64,000 nucleotides of DNA from the NCBI GenBank assembly GCA_015063785.1, contig SVTM01000008.1, positions 12,406-76,405 on the forward strand. Reading direction: 5' to 3'. Shown one piece after another: positions 44,047 to 53,887 of this stretch (positions are counted from its first letter, which is position 1; each line of letters starts with the position of its first letter). The notes under the pieces are model-generated. The model saw nothing but the letters and a program-made list of their open reading frames with translations, was not told where the DNA came from and searched no databases. Position numbers and translations under genes: made by a program. This DNA is from Oscillospiraceae bacterium (GTDB lineage: Bacteria > Bacillota > Clostridia > Oscillospirales > CAG-382).

Positions 44047-47000
44047 TCACTTAACCGTGATTCTCAAAGCGTGGCCCTTGTCATACGACGAACCGGTGAG
44101 GATATACTGAGGAATAACAACGTCCTTGTTGTCTGTTCCGTCGGCGTTCTTCGACCAGATCTCGGTATAGAAATCACAGTGCCAGTGGCCGCAGAAGTGA
44201 GCCTTGACAACATCGGGGTTCATAGCGATAAGATCATAGATCTGCTTGGTTGCACCTGTGCCGGTGTCTGAGATAAAGTTGCCGTCGTTATAGAAGTTTG
44301 CGGGGCTACTTGTTGTATCGTTGATACGGATAGCATCCATAGACGCATCGGCAGGGTTTCTTGTGATAAACGGAATGTGAGTGAAGAGAAGGATGGGAAG
44401 TCCCTTTGCCTTCGCCTTTTCGATACTTGCTTCCAAGAGAGGAACCTGATGATCCCAGAACTTTCTCTGGCTGTTATCCATCTGGATGATCATTACCTTT
44501 TCGGTGCCCTCGTCGTTCTTAAGAATCTTTTCTGTGTAGTAAACGTCGTGCTTCCAGACCTTCTTGAGTTGTTCGTATCTTTCGGCAACTGTTGTTGTTT
44601 CGGCAACTGTGCCCTGCATCTTCTTTACGGGCTCGTGGTTTCCGAGAGGAATGAGTGTGTCAGGATAAGGATTCCATACATAGGTATAAAGAAGATCAAC
44701 ACAACCCTGCGAGAGATAGTCGATGGCGTCGCCTGTTACAACTATCTGATCGGAGTAGCTTGCGTATTCGATACTGTTGAGAAGAGCCGTCTGTGTGCCG
44801 GGATATCTGAAGGCTCTTCTGTTTGCCCATGTGCTTGCAAGTACGGGGTCCTTGAGGTCTTCTTCGGTACAGTAATTGAAGTGGGTATCAGAAAGCTGAA
44901 CGATCTCAACGTCAGAACCGGGAATGCCCGAATCAATCTCAACTTCGCGCACCATTACGCCGTCGCCAAGCTGATAGATCCATGTCTTGGGATCTGCACT
45001 TGAGCCCTTGATATCTGTTCGTGTCTGATTCATATATTCCTGCTTGAGTGTTTCGTCAACGTAATTTTTGATGGTTGCAAGGTATGCTCTGTCGGAATCG
45101 CTGATCGTGGTGTCCTTAAGAGCTTCCTTTGCGACGGTGTAAAGGCTTGTGGCGTAGCTGTTGGTGTAAATAACCTTCTGCGCGCCGTTGGCATCGGTGT
45201 ACTTGATGTAACCGCGGACTGTGTAGTTTCTTCTGTAGTAATCTTCTGTGATGTCGATAACACAAACTGTGTACTGAATGCCGTCGTCTGTGTCTGCAAA
45301 GGTTCTGATGCCCTCGACAGCCTTGGACGAATAGTTCTTACCGTTGAATGTATAGGTTGTGTCGAGCTCGAGCTTTTTGGTTCCGAGAACTTCAGAGGGT
45401 ATAATAACAGAACCGTATTCGGTAACGTCAAGTGCGTCCTGCAAAGCATCGGTCTTTTCTACGATAAAACGGAGACCTGCAGGCTCGATGGTCCTGATCT
45501 GAACGCCCTTGATAAAGAAGTCACCTTCGTCCGAAAAATCGCAGTCAACGTATTTTGCAAAGAGCTTGTCGCCCTTCTTGAAATCTGTGCTTGTAACGCC
45601 GTTGCCGTTTTCGTCCACCCAACCGATAAAGAGCTTGCCGTCCTTTTCGAGATGGCGCAGATTGTTAAATGCAATAGAATAATCCTCGAGGAATTCAACC
45701 TCTGTACCCGTGTTGGTGTAATATACGACATCGGTATATGTAACGGTATATTTACCGGCTGTGGGAACTGCAAGGATTCCGCTGGCAGAAATATATATTT
45801 CGCCGTTATCAGAAGTTGCAACAGCCGTAAGATCGCCGCTTACTTTAAATTCGCCGGCCTTGTCTGTGGTAGAAAGGCTGCTTCCGTCGCGGGCTTCACC
45901 CTTCATAAGCCAGAAACCGTCAGCTGCGGAAAATTCGGGGATCGAAACGTCGATACCGTTGTTGAGAATAACCTGAACAGCTCCTCCGAAGGTGGGAGCA
46001 TAAGTTCCGGAGTGTTCCATAACAGTTTTCACTGTTCCGCCGTTAATGGTAAGATTTACGTCATCGGTAAAGTCAACGCCGTAGGTGGGGCCGCCTGTCC
46101 AGCCGTCTGCACCAAAGCGAAGAATGTCAATATCTCCGCCGTTGATAACGATGTCTGCGCCTGCTGTCTTGTGTCTTGAAGCGGTGTTGTAGTATGCGCC
46201 GACGTACACTATTCTTGTTTTGCCCGAATTGTGAACAAAGTTTTCTCTGCCGCCGTCTGTGTTATAGGTTCCGATGTGGAAGGATGCGCCGAGGATGTTT
46301 GACGCAGTCGTTGTGAAATTAATACCATCACCCATCACAAGCTCGTGACCTGCGGATTCGATAAACTTACTTGCCTTTGTTATATTGAGAGTTATTTTTT
46401 CAAAGGTTGTGGGACCGTTCACAGCAACACTTTCATTGTAAATGTTAACTGAGCCACCGGTAATGATGATCATGTTTTCATGCATAGCAAGCGATCCCGT
46501 GATCTTTTGTTCGCCGATGATGATAACATATCTTTTGGATGCCTGAGCCGCATCAACTGCTTTTATTGCGGCATCAAGTGTCGCAAAAGGAGCAAGCTCG
46601 CTTGCACCGTTGTTGAAATCGGAACCCTTTTCGGCATCAACATACACAATGGCAACATCATCGATTTTGTTCCAAACGGAAACAATATTTACCTCGTCCT
46701 CGTCTTCGGGGAGAACAAAAAGGTCACCGCCGTTGTAAGAAACTCCGTTGATTGTCCAGCCAACAAACTCACCCGCGGGGTTGTCGGAAAGTGTGGGGAG
46801 AGTGATAGTTGAACCTTTTACGTAATATCCCGTGTCAATAACACCGTCGTATTTCACAAGAATCTGATCGCCCGAAAGTTCCTTGGTCCATGTAACGGTA
46901 TATTCACCTGCGGGAACTGTAAGAATTCCTTCAGCGGACGTATATGTAACACCCGAAGAAGACAGTGCGACGGCGATTTTTTCGCCAATGACCTCAAAGC

Positions 47001-48339
47001 TTCCGATGGTGTCGGTAAGTGCAAGCTTCGCACCCGAATCATCTGCAGCTGCCTTGAGCACCCATGCGCCGTCGGTAAGTGTCATGCCTGTTGCGGTGTA
47101 AGGAACGGAAAGCCCGTTGTTCATTATGATCTGAAGAGATTTTGCCGTGCAGTTGCCTGCTCCGACATCGGCAATTTTGCCTACGCTTCCGCTGTCTATG
47201 ACAACAGAAAGATCCTGCATAGACCACGAGCCCGAACCGTTGCGCAGCTTGATGGTCTGTATTGTTGCGCCGTCAACATAAATGCCCTGGTCTCCCGCAA
47301 GAGTAACGGTGCCATCCCAACCGCCAAAAGCAACTTCGTTGTAATTTCCGGAAAGAAGCGAAATGGTGCCGGAATTGGACGAGCTGTAACGTCCCGATAC
47401 ATCAATATCAAGATTTCCCGCAGCAGCAATACCTGCATTTGCCGCAGTTCCCGCTCCGGTCTTTCTTGTTCTCAGATATGTGATATTTCCTTCGAACTTT
47501 GCGCTATGTCCATATGTAACAAAGTTTTTGCCGGTATTATATCCCTCGATAAGGGTAATATTCTTGAAAACAGACGGGCCCTTAAGCTCGAGATGATTTA
47601 TACCGAAGCAGAGTACCGAATCGGAAGCATCTCCGACGTAAGTGATAGTTCCCGTATGAGCAGGAACGTTGACATACTGAAGAACGTCCTGTTCGCCGCC
47701 GTATGTGTAAGGCGAGCTTGAACTTCTTGTGTAAACGGCATATTCGGCATTGCCGTCCTTGTCCTTACCGTCAAGAACGACGATCGTTCCGTCCTTGGTC
47801 GTGCCAATGATTTCGATGGCGCGTGCGATTGTCTTGACAGATGTTTCTTCTGTCAAGCCGTCGTTGGTGTCAGAACCATATTTATTCGAAACATATACCG
47901 ATCCGATCACAGGAGCTTTCTTTACGGTAAGCACCTCTTGATCGAGAATCTCGGTGTAAGTATCGTTGTCAAAAAGAACGATAGTCCATTCGCCCTCCTG
48001 CAGAGGCCATCCGCCGGGGGTATTCTTGGTTCTTGCCAGATAATGATCTTCACTGTTGAAAAATTCGGTGCTGAAAGTAACTGTTCCGCCGCCGACGGGA
48101 GCCAACTGCCAGCCGGAATGCTTATTTTCACCGACCGTCTGAGACGAATGATAAACGCAGATCCAGTCCTTGGCGTCTGTGTTTTCGCAAATTACATCGA
48201 AAACGGTGTTGCCGGGTTCGATGGTGGTGGGGTTGAGAGTGATCGAAGGTGCTGCGGCAGAGGTCGTGATGATCATCGGGAAAAGTCCCACGAGCATCGC
48301 GATGCACAAAAGCACCGACAAAAGCTTTGATCTTCTCAT
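44047..48339 (-). CDS. giant secreted protein B2: paralog of B1 with C-terminal metallophosphoesterase
   Basis: AAGGAG RBS and a signal peptide (MRRSKLLSVLLCIAMLVGLFPMIITTSAAA). Two repeat units (VYVSNKYGSDTNDG..., IVYVDAEKGSDFNNG...), B-repeats (GEFVGWTINGVSY, GKLFIGWVDENG) and phosphoesterase motifs LSDTHFN, VTGDAIDY, LGNHEP, FTHIP, CGHWHCD. Confidence 0.8.
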   Translation of the reverse strand: MRRSKLLSVLLCIAMLVGLFPMIITTSAAAPSITLNPTTIEPGNTVFDVICENTDAKDWICVYHSSQTVGENKHSGWQLAPVGGGTVTFSTEFFNSEDHYLARTKNTPGGWPLQEGEWTIVLFDNDTYTEILDQEVLTVKKAPVIGSVYVSNKYGSDTNDGLTEETSVKTIARAIEIIGTTKDGTIVVLDGKDKDGNAEYAVYTRSSSSPYTYGGEQDVLQYVNVPAHTGTITYVGDASDSVLCFGINHLELKGPSVFKNITLIEGYNTGKNFVTYGHSAKFEGNITYLRTRKTGAGTAANAGIAAAGNLDIDVSGRYSSSNSGTISLLSGNYNEVAFGGWDGTVTLAGDQGIYVDGATIQTIKLRNGSGSWSMQDLSVVIDSGSVGKIADVGAGNCTAKSLQIIMNNGLSVPYTATGMTLTDGAWVLKAAADDSGAKLALTDTIGSFEVIGEKIAVALSSSGVTYTSAEGILTVPAGEYTVTWTKELSGDQILVKYDGVIDTGYYVKGSTITLPTLSDNPAGEFVGWTINGVSYNGGDLFVLPEDEDEVNIVSVWNKIDDVAIVYVDAEKGSDFNNGASELAPFATLDAAIKAVDAAQASKRYVIIIGEQKITGSLAMHENMIIITGGSVNIYNESVAVNGPTTFEKITLNITKASKFIESAGHELVMGDGINFTTTASNILGASFHIGTYNTDGGRENFVHNSGKTRIVYVGAYYNTASRHKTAGADIVINGGDIDILRFGADGWTGGPTYGVDFTDDVNLTINGGTVKTVMEHSGTYAPTFGGAVQVILNNGIDVSIPEFSAADGFWLMKGEARDGSSLSTTDKAGEFKVSGDLTAVATSDNGEIYISASGILAVPTAGKYTVTYTDVVYYTNTGTEVEFLEDYSIAFNNLRHLEKDGKLFIGWVDENGNGVTSTDFKKGDKLFAKYVDCDFSDEGDFFIKGVQIRTIEPAGLRFIVEKTDALQDALDVTEYGSVIIPSEVLGTKKLELDTTYTFNGKNYSSKAVEGIRTFADTDDGIQYTVCVIDITEDYYRRNYTVRGYIKYTDANGAQKVIYTNSYATSLYTVAKEALKDTTISDSDRAYLATIKNYVDETLKQEYMNQTRTDIKGSSADPKTWIYQLGDGVMVREVEIDSGIPGSDVEIVQLSDTHFNYCTEEDLKDPVLASTWANRRAFRYPGTQTALLNSIEYASYSDQIVVTGDAIDYLSQGCVDLLYTYVWNPYPDTLIPLGNHEPVKKMQGTVAETTTVAERYEQLKKVWKHDVYYTEKILKNDEGTEKVMIIQMDNSQRKFWDHQVPLLEASIEKAKAKGLPILLFTHIPFITRNPADASMDAIRINDTTSSPANFYNDGNFISDTGTGATKQIYDLIAMNPDVVKAHFCGHWHCDFYTEIWSKNADGTDNKDVVIPQYILTGSSYDKGHALRITVK
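45139..45519 (-). other. shared ~130-140 aa module (copy in B2)
   Basis: FFIKGVQIRTIEPAGLRFIVEKTD...YGSVIIPSEVL...RTFADTDDGIQYTVCVIDITEDYYRRNYTVRGYIKYTDANG. Confidence 0.6.
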
Positions 48340-48472
48340 ATTTTTCTCCTTTCAATGGTGCAACATTTATAAAAAACGTTGCAAAAATACATTTTTATTA
48401 TATAACTTCTACTATGTGTATTCATTGTTTAGTTGTGAAATAAATGTTAACAAACTTTTTGAGAACAAAATA

Positions 48473-49336
48473 TTACGGCAGATCTTTCTTTTCTTTCAAT
48501 ACCCTCTCCATGTGCGAAAGATCATAAAAACCGCAGGCATGGGCGATTTCGGTTTTTGAAAAGCCCCCTTGCTCTATCATTTCAAGAGCTTTTTTTGCCC
48601 GATACGAGTTAAGATAATTTATGGGCGTACAGCCACAGATGGAAGAAAAATTGCGCAGGAAGGTGGATCGCGAAAGAAAGACCGTTTTACACAGCGAATC
48701 GACGGTTATTTTTTCGCCGTAGTGCTGATGGATATATTCAAGCGCCTTGATTATATTGCTTTCGTATTTTTCCGCACAGCCGCCCTTGGTTTCGAGCTGT
48801 TTGAAAAGCTGATACGACAGCTGGTAGATTATCTTCCACGCCGTGTGGTTTTTTAAGGGTTCAAGCTCGTCGCGATCAAACTCTCCCCCGTCCCGTATCA
48901 GCGAAAGCTCGTCCCGAAGATTGGAAAGCTTTGGTGCCGAAAGGTGCAGAAAGAAGGGGCTTGAAAAGCTTTTTCGCAAGAAAGGCTCGATCTCCACAAG
49001 CTGTAAAAAACCCGGCACACCCACCGCTTCTTCCCGGTTTTCCGCCACAAAGGAATTTCTAAAAAGCACGTGAAAAACGTCGAGATCATGGGTGTCGTAA
49101 TAGGCGTGAACCGTGTTTGGCGGAATAACGAAAACGTCACCCGTACGCACCAAAAAGCGCGAGCCTTCGATGACGTGGGTGCCCTCACCGCGAAACACCA
49201 CATTCATCTCGTAAAAATCGTGGTCGTGGGGCTCGATCGAATAGTCAGTGTAAACAAACGCGCGTACCGATTGGGCAGAGTTTTTGAAGCATCGATCGGC
49301 GTAGCTTCGGAATTTGCCGTCAGATTTCATAAGCAC
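48473..49336 (-). CDS. AraC family transcriptional regulator (cupin + HTH)
   Basis: Cupin half (HDHDFYEMNVVFRGEGTHVIEG...GDVFVIPPNTVHAY) and an AraC HTH half (VDSLCKTVFLSRSTFLRNFSSICGCTPINYL). Divergent from GRE1. Confidence 0.85.
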   Translation of the reverse strand: MLMKSDGKFRSYADRCFKNSAQSVRAFVYTDYSIEPHDHDFYEMNVVFRGEGTHVIEGSRFLVRTGDVFVIPPNTVHAYYDTHDLDVFHVLFRNSFVAENREEAVGVPGFLQLVEIEPFLRKSFSSPFFLHLSAPKLSNLRDELSLIRDGGEFDRDELEPLKNHTAWKIIYQLSYQLFKQLETKGGCAEKYESNIIKALEYIHQHYGEKITVDSLCKTVFLSRSTFLRNFSSICGCTPINYLNSYRAKKALEMIEQGGFSKTEIAHACGFYDLSHMERVLKEKKDLP

Positions 49337-49440
49337 CTCGGTTTTTGAAATTATTATACATGATTTTTGAACTTTTGTACTATTATTGTATCACAATATG
49401 TGTCATAATGCAAGTATAAAAGCAAAAAAGGAGAACAGGC

Positions 49441-51531
49441 ATGGAAAGAATCGAAAAACTCCGTCTTGTCGCTCTCGATCACTATCCGAGAAACGACGAG
49501 TTTTATTATAATTTTTACAAAAAATACTCGGCCGACACCCGAGAATCGGAATATGAAAAATACGCCGATGCATACTATTATGCGCTTACAAATTTCACCC
49601 CCCACATTACCGACGGTGAGCTTATTGTGGGCGAAAGCGAACTTCTGATGAACGAGCGCGACTATGACGAATGGGAAAAGATATATCACCCCATCGCCGA
49701 CGAAAGAAACGGATTGGCAGGCCCCGGTCAGGATTCGCACATGGCAATAGACTACGAGCTTGTCTTAAAGAGCGGCCTGCGCGGTATAATAGAAAAGATC
49801 GACGGCCTTTTGCCCGACAGCTGCGGCGAAAAGAAAGAGTTTTACAACACCTGCAAAAAGTGCCTTGAAGCGGTGATCGTATATTCGGAAAACTATGCAA
49901 AAAAAGCACTCGAGCTTGCAGAAAAAGAAGAAAACGAAGAAAGAAAAGCCGAGCTTTACGACATTGCCCGTATATGCAAAAAAGTTCCTGCAGAACCTGC
50001 AGAATCTTTCCACGAAGCGGTGCAGGCAGTGCATTTTGTTTCGCATTGCCTTTCGATAAACCCATACCGCCTTGGATTGCAACAATTTCAGCTGGGTCAT
50101 CCCGACAGGTACCTTTTGCCATATTATCTCGAAGATACAAAAAACGGCATTCTTTCCAAAGAGCGCGCACAGCTTCTGCTTGACCTTTTGGGCATACAAA
50201 TAAATATGCGTGTTCCCAACGGACTTTCGTCGGGATATATGGTGGGCGGCCGCGACGAAAACGGCAAAGCCGTTGCCAACGACCTTACAGAAATGGGTAT
50301 GCAGGTAATTGACGACATCCGCCTTGTTTACCCCTCTGTCGGCCTTTGCTACACCACAGACACCGACGACAAATATCTTGAAAAAGCCTGCGAAATTCTT
50401 TCGCACGGAAGAAGTCATCCTGCAATTTTCGGCGACGAAACGATTACAAAAGGTCTTCTTTCTTATGGCGTTCCCAAAGAGCAGGCGTGCAATTATATCC
50501 ACAGCACCTGTGTCGAGATAACCCCCGTTGCGGCATCAAACGTGTGGGTGGCAAGCCCATATACCAATATGCCCCAGCTTCTGCTTGATGTGATGGACAA
50601 GGAATACGAAAGCTTTGACAGTCTTATCGATGCCCTATTTGCTCATCTCGATGCAAGGATAAAGGACAATTTTGAATGGCAGGACAGAGCAAGAAGAATA
50701 CGCAACAAAAATTCGATGAATCCCCTTCTCTCATGCTTTGTCAACGATTGTCTTGAAAGAGGGCTTGACATCGAAAAGGGCGGTGCCGTATACAACTGGA
50801 TAACCCCGAGTTTTGTGGGGGTTGCAAATCTTGTCGACTCGCTTTATGCGGTGAAAACGGTGGTTTTTGAAAAGAAGCTTTTAAGTATTTGCGAGTTCAA
50901 GAAAATAGTCGATGCGGATTTTGAAGGCAACGAAGTTCTTCGCCAGATGATACAAAACACCATTCCAAAATACGGCAACGACGATGACGATATCGACGGA
51001 TATTTCAGCCTTATCACAGATCACCTCGTATCGGAATGTAAAAAATACCAATCCATCCACTCGAACGCCAACATTATCCCCAGCGTTTTCTGCTGGATAA
51101 TGCACGAATGGTTCGGAAGAGAAACGGGTGCTACCCCCGACGGCAGATGTGCAGGTTTCCCCCTTGGCGACGGCTCGGGTCCCTGCCAGGGAAGAGAAAT
51201 GAAAGGTCCGACGGCATCTGTTCTTTCGTCGACAAAGTGGGATCACCACGAGCTTATCGGCGGTGTGGCCGTGAATATGAAATTCTCAAAAAAATCACTG
51301 GGCAAGGGTTCGATCGAAACCATGAAAAACATCGTGAAAACATATATTTCCCGTGGCGGATTTGAGATGCAGATAAACGTTATCGACAAAGAAACACTGG
51401 AAAAAGCCGTTGAAAATCCCGAGCAGTACAAGGATCTTGTGGTGCGCATCGGCGGCTACAGCGATTATTTCACCCGAATCTCGCCACAGATGCAAAAGGA
51501 AGTTATTCTTCGAACGGAGCACGAGATATAA
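49441..51531 (+). CDS. glycyl radical enzyme, short form (GRE1; Cys-x-Glu eliminase-type loop)
   Basis: AAGGAG RBS. C-terminal glycyl-radical motif VVRIGGYSDYF (Gly codon 51454..51456). Thiyl loop HSTCVEITP (Cys codon 50509..50511). Only 696 aa. Confidence 0.85.
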   Translation: MERIEKLRLVALDHYPRNDEFYYNFYKKYSADTRESEYEKYADAYYYALTNFTPHITDGELIVGESELLMNERDYDEWEKIYHPIADERNGLAGPGQDSHMAIDYELVLKSGLRGIIEKIDGLLPDSCGEKKEFYNTCKKCLEAVIVYSENYAKKALELAEKEENEERKAELYDIARICKKVPAEPAESFHEAVQAVHFVSHCLSINPYRLGLQQFQLGHPDRYLLPYYLEDTKNGILSKERAQLLLDLLGIQINMRVPNGLSSGYMVGGRDENGKAVANDLTEMGMQVIDDIRLVYPSVGLCYTTDTDDKYLEKACEILSHGRSHPAIFGDETITKGLLSYGVPKEQACNYIHSTCVEITPVAASNVWVASPYTNMPQLLLDVMDKEYESFDSLIDALFAHLDARIKDNFEWQDRARRIRNKNSMNPLLSCFVNDCLERGLDIEKGGAVYNWITPSFVGVANLVDSLYAVKTVVFEKKLLSICEFKKIVDADFEGNEVLRQMIQNTIPKYGNDDDDIDGYFSLITDHLVSECKKYQSIHSNANIIPSVFCWIMHEWFGRETGATPDGRCAGFPLGDGSGPCQGREMKGPTASVLSSTKWDHHELIGGVAVNMKFSKKSLGKGSIETMKNIVKTYISRGGFEMQINVIDKETLEKAVENPEQYKDLVVRIGGYSDYFTRISPQMQKEVILRTEHEI

Positions 51532-52430
51532 TGACAGGCAAGATATTCAATATTCAGCGGTTCAGCACCTCGGACGGGCCGGGCATACGTACCACCGTTT
51601 TCTTCAAGGGGTGTCCCCTTTCGTGCGTGTGGTGTCACAATCCCGAATCGCACGCGGCAAAAAGCGAGATTTTTTACGATGCAAAAAAGTGCATCGGCTG
51701 TCGCCTTTGTGAAAAGGTCTGCCCGAACATATGCCACAAGTTCGGTGAAAGCGGTCATGTTTTTGTGCGCGAAAACTGCGAAAAATGCGGCGAATGTGCC
51801 AAGGTATGCCCTGCGAAATCGCTTGAAATATGCGGCGAGGAAATGAGCGCCGACAAAGTGATGGAAACGGTGATGCGCGATCTGCCCTTTTACGAGCAGT
51901 CGGGCGGCGGACTTACCCTTTCGGGAGGCGAGCCTCTGGCACAGTTTGATTTTGCCCTTGAGCTCCTTAAAAAAGCAAAAGAAAACGGGATTTCCACCGC
52001 CGTTGAGACCTCGGGCTTTTGCAGACGCGATCTTGCGGACATGGCAAAATACGTTGATCTCTGGCTTTTTGACATAAAGCTTTTTGACAAGGACGAACAC
52101 GAAAAATACACAGGTGTTTCAAACGAGTTGATTTTTGAGAATCTGCGGTGTCTTGACGGTTTTGGCGCAAAGATCATTCTGCGTTGCCCGATAATTCCCG
52201 ACATAAACCTCGAAAGAGCGCATTTTGAAAAAATAGCCGAGCTTGCAAACAGCCTTGAAAACGTGATTGCCGTAAATCTTGAGCCATACCATCCTTTGGG
52301 AATTTCAAAATCAAATCTTCTCGGCAAAAATCCAAAGTTTGAAAACGAAGATTTTTTGCCCAAAGAAGAGCTTTTGCGTTTTGCAGACATAATATCTGCC
52401 ACTTCGGATGTGAAAGTGGAAATAGAATAG
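51531..52430 (+). CDS. glycyl-radical enzyme activating protein (radical SAM)
   Basis: Radical-SAM cluster motif CPLSCVWCHNPES plus two ferredoxin-like CxxCxxCxxxC motifs (CIGCRLCEKVCP, CEKCGECAKVCP). TAATG overlap with the GRE1 stop. Confidence 0.9.
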   Translation: MTGKIFNIQRFSTSDGPGIRTTVFFKGCPLSCVWCHNPESHAAKSEIFYDAKKCIGCRLCEKVCPNICHKFGESGHVFVRENCEKCGECAKVCPAKSLEICGEEMSADKVMETVMRDLPFYEQSGGGLTLSGGEPLAQFDFALELLKKAKENGISTAVETSGFCRRDLADMAKYVDLWLFDIKLFDKDEHEKYTGVSNELIFENLRCLDGFGAKIILRCPIIPDINLERAHFEKIAELANSLENVIAVNLEPYHPLGISKSNLLGKNPKFENEDFLPKEELLRFADIISATSDVKVEIE

Positions 52431-52436
52431 AAAATG

Positions 52437-52468
52437 AAAAACTGCGCGATCCGCAGTTTTTTCTTTTC
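52437..52468 (+). terminator. terminator after the GRE activase
   Basis: AAAACTGCG-cgatc-CGCAGTTTT followed by TTCTTTTC. Short stem. Confidence 0.55.
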
Positions 52469-52570
52469 GAAAATTTTTCGTAATCAAAGCTATTGAAAAT
52501 TTTCAAAGTATATGTACAATATCAGATAAAGCATCCGACAAAACAGATCACGCAAAAGGAGATGTAATAA

Positions 52571-53830
52571 ATGATAAACGTCAACGATCATATCGGCAAA
52601 ACCGACAGCGAAACTTTTGAAAACGCCATGAAAAACAAAGGGGCAGACGGAATCGTGATCGTTCCTCCCAGAGTGTCCGACATTGAACCCGACCGAAAAT
52701 TCTGGCTGATCGACCGTGCCATTCTTCTTGAAGAAAACACCACGATCATCATGCAGAACAGCACGATAAAGCTTTCGGACAACTGCCGCGACAACTTTTT
52801 CAGAAGCGCAAACTGCGGACTTGGAATCCCCTTTCCCGAAAGAATACACAACATACATATAAAAGGCGAAGGTCTTTGCACTCTTGTCGGCGCAGACCAC
52901 CCGAGAGCCGTGGGCGACAGCTCGAAAATACTTGCCAACCCCTGTCCTTACGAGGTTGACGACCTGATAGCCCTTGCGGACTGGATCCCCCCTGAAAGAA
53001 AAACCCACGAAACCATGGATTTTTGGGACAGACACAACCATTCCTACGGCACCGATGCGGGAAAAGAAGGCGAGTCGCAATATGGCGACTGGCGCGGAAT
53101 AGGCGTTCTTTTTGCAAACGTCGAGGATTTTTCGATCTCAAACATCCGCATCGTGGAGTCGCACGGTTGGGGAATTTCGCTGGAAGAATGCGCAAAGGGC
53201 AGAATAGAAAAGATCGATTTTGATGCCTGCATGTCAAAGGTTATTGACGGGCTTCGCAACAATATGGAAAACCAGGACGGCATCGACCTGCGAAACGGAT
53301 GCCACGATATCATAATTTCAGATATCACGGGAAAAACAGGTGACGACGTGGTTGCTCTTACCGCCATTGCAGATCCCGATTATCTCCCCGGCGGAAGCCT
53401 GCGCACCACCCACGTAATGCACAACGACTGGACAAAGCGCGACAGAAACATACACAACATTATCATCAAAAACGTTATGGCAACGTCTGATCTTTGCTTT
53501 ATCGTAAGACTTTTGCCCGCAAACGCAAAGATCTGGAACGTGGTCATCGACGGCATTGTCGATACCACCCCCGATGATCGCACCCACGGCGCCACGATAC
53601 TTTTCGGCGACGACGGATACGGAAAAAATCCCGAGGACGGTCTGCGCTATATCACCCTTTCAAACGTTGTCTGCAAGGCAGAATGCGGCATCGACATCTC
53701 CGGTTATCTGAAAGATTCGATCATAACAAACATAATCAACAAAAACCCCAACGCCCCCACCGTCATTGTCCGCAAGGAAAACGGACTTTGCAACGTGAAG
53801 TTTGGCGAGGAAATAAAGGTTTTGAACTGA
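52571..53830 (+). CDS. pectate-lyase-fold / GH28-like glycosidase, cytoplasmic
   Basis: AAGGAG RBS. The N-terminus resembles the Pectate_lyase_3 type. NQDGIDL and TGDDVVALTA resemble the GH28 N-T-D-G-x-D and G-D-D-x-x-A catalytic blocks. No signal peptide. Confidence 0.5.
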   Translation: MINVNDHIGKTDSETFENAMKNKGADGIVIVPPRVSDIEPDRKFWLIDRAILLEENTTIIMQNSTIKLSDNCRDNFFRSANCGLGIPFPERIHNIHIKGEGLCTLVGADHPRAVGDSSKILANPCPYEVDDLIALADWIPPERKTHETMDFWDRHNHSYGTDAGKEGESQYGDWRGIGVLFANVEDFSISNIRIVESHGWGISLEECAKGRIEKIDFDACMSKVIDGLRNNMENQDGIDLRNGCHDIIISDITGKTGDDVVALTAIADPDYLPGGSLRTTHVMHNDWTKRDRNIHNIIIKNVMATSDLCFIVRLLPANAKIWNVVIDGIVDTTPDDRTHGATILFGDDGYGKNPEDGLRYITLSNVVCKAECGIDISGYLKDSIITNIINKNPNAPTVIVRKENGLCNVKFGEEIKVLN

Positions 53831-53843
53831 GCTTTATTAAAAC

Positions 53844-53870
53844 AAAAATCCACCTTCCGGTGGATTTTTT
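53844..53870. terminator. bidirectional terminator (GH28-like / ADH convergent)
   Basis: AAAAATCCACC-ttcc-GGTGGATTTTT. Confidence 0.8.
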
Positions 53871-53887
53871 GTTATATTTCCGTTTTT

